Shown: positions 63,955 through 64,000 of the stretch, one piece after another
How positions within the stretch are numbered: the stretch's first letter is position 1
Layout: each line of letters opens with the position of its first letter
DNA from: Minisyncoccota bacterium
Lineage (GTDB): Bacteria; Patescibacteriota; Minisyncoccia; UBA6257; JAGOQP01
DNA: 64,000 nt
Assembly (NCBI GenBank): GCA_041661795.1
Contig: JBAZTS010000005.1
Span: 768-64,767, forward strand
Direction of reading: 5' to 3'
Program-made: the position numbers and the translations under genes
The notes under the pieces: model-generated
Database searches by the model: none
What the model saw: the letters and a program-made list of their open reading frames with translations, nothing else
What the model was told of the DNA's origin: nothing

Positions 63955-64000
63955 AAACAACAATAAGAATTTCTTGTATTACTAGTAGTTCCGTTTACCC

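Noticed and set aside
1-64000. CRISPR arrays, rRNA genes, transposase/IS elements, integrase or phage genes
   Set aside because: No repeat-spacer periodicity, rRNA-like segments or transposase/integrase motifs were seen. The GC-rich blocks lack recognisable mobility genes within the window.

Overview
This 64-kb window looks like a fragment of a small, AT-rich (roughly one-third GC) bacterial genome of the Patescibacteria/CPR type, using the standard genetic code (TGA is used as a stop). Many genes lack a Shine-Dalgarno sequence and adjacent genes often overlap by a few bases.

The window opens inside a large Thr/Ser/Gly/Asp-rich surface protein (1..1480) followed by a paralogous 900-aa secreted protein with an FN3-like module, a poly-Thr linker and a C-terminal peptidoglycan-binding domain (1717..4419). 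Next comes a glycan-assembly locus (4.5-17.7 kb): a Wzy_C/O-antigen-ligase-like membrane protein with a TPR tail, three SAM-dependent methyltransferases, six GT2/GT4 glycosyltransferases, a Wzx-type flippase and an initiating undecaprenyl-phosphate sugar phosphotransferase.

This is followed by a redox trio (DsbA-like, glutaredoxin-like, trxB), a membrane-anchored two-ring Clp/Hsp100-type AAA+ ATPase, a NUDIX hydrolase, the infC-rpmI-rplT operon on the minus strand, a C39-like cysteine peptidase, an AlkD-like DNA alkylation repair protein, a small GIY-YIG protein and tRNA-Ser(UGA). An ECF sigma factor with a membrane anti-sigma candidate precedes a MacAB-like HlyD/ABC/FtsX exporter, a NOX/ferric-reductase-type flavocytochrome and a DUF1003 protein.

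A competence/type IV pilus locus runs from 34.9 to 46.4 kb: comFC, pilM, pilN, pilO, pilB, pilT, pilC, a major pilin, the prepilin peptidase pilD and four pilin-like genes. Housekeeping genes follow (ligA, a divergent ThyX-like gene, ppsA, eno, gatC, gatA), then three tRNA loci (Asp-GUC, an atypical initiator-like tRNA, and a CAT-anticodon tRNA) and an MsbA-like ABC exporter.

The last ~6 kb is the most interesting part. Two blocks of roughly 50-55% GC (58.25-59.95 kb and 62.2-63.9 kb) flank an AT-rich segment. Block B encodes a two-gene operon: a 50-aa precursor peptide with six cysteines in its last 14 residues (SCIFF/ranthipeptide-like) and a radical-SAM/SPASM maturase. The two are separated by a strong intercistronic hairpin and bounded by a bidirectional terminator. 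Next to it in the AT-rich segment lie an M16-family (HxxEH) peptidase and an HExxH protein, which could serve as leader peptidases. Block A encodes an unknown 404-aa secreted protein and a small ORF with a strong Shine-Dalgarno.

Other notable structure: a ~165-bp structured intergenic element that abuts the start codon of two unrelated genes (26.3 kb and 43.0 kb), GC-rich palindromic in-frame inserts in ligA and in a pilin-like gene, and recurrent GTATAC/GAATAC-type short repeats in pilus-locus intergenic spacers.

All calls come from reading the sequence and the supplied ORF translations. No database searches were run.
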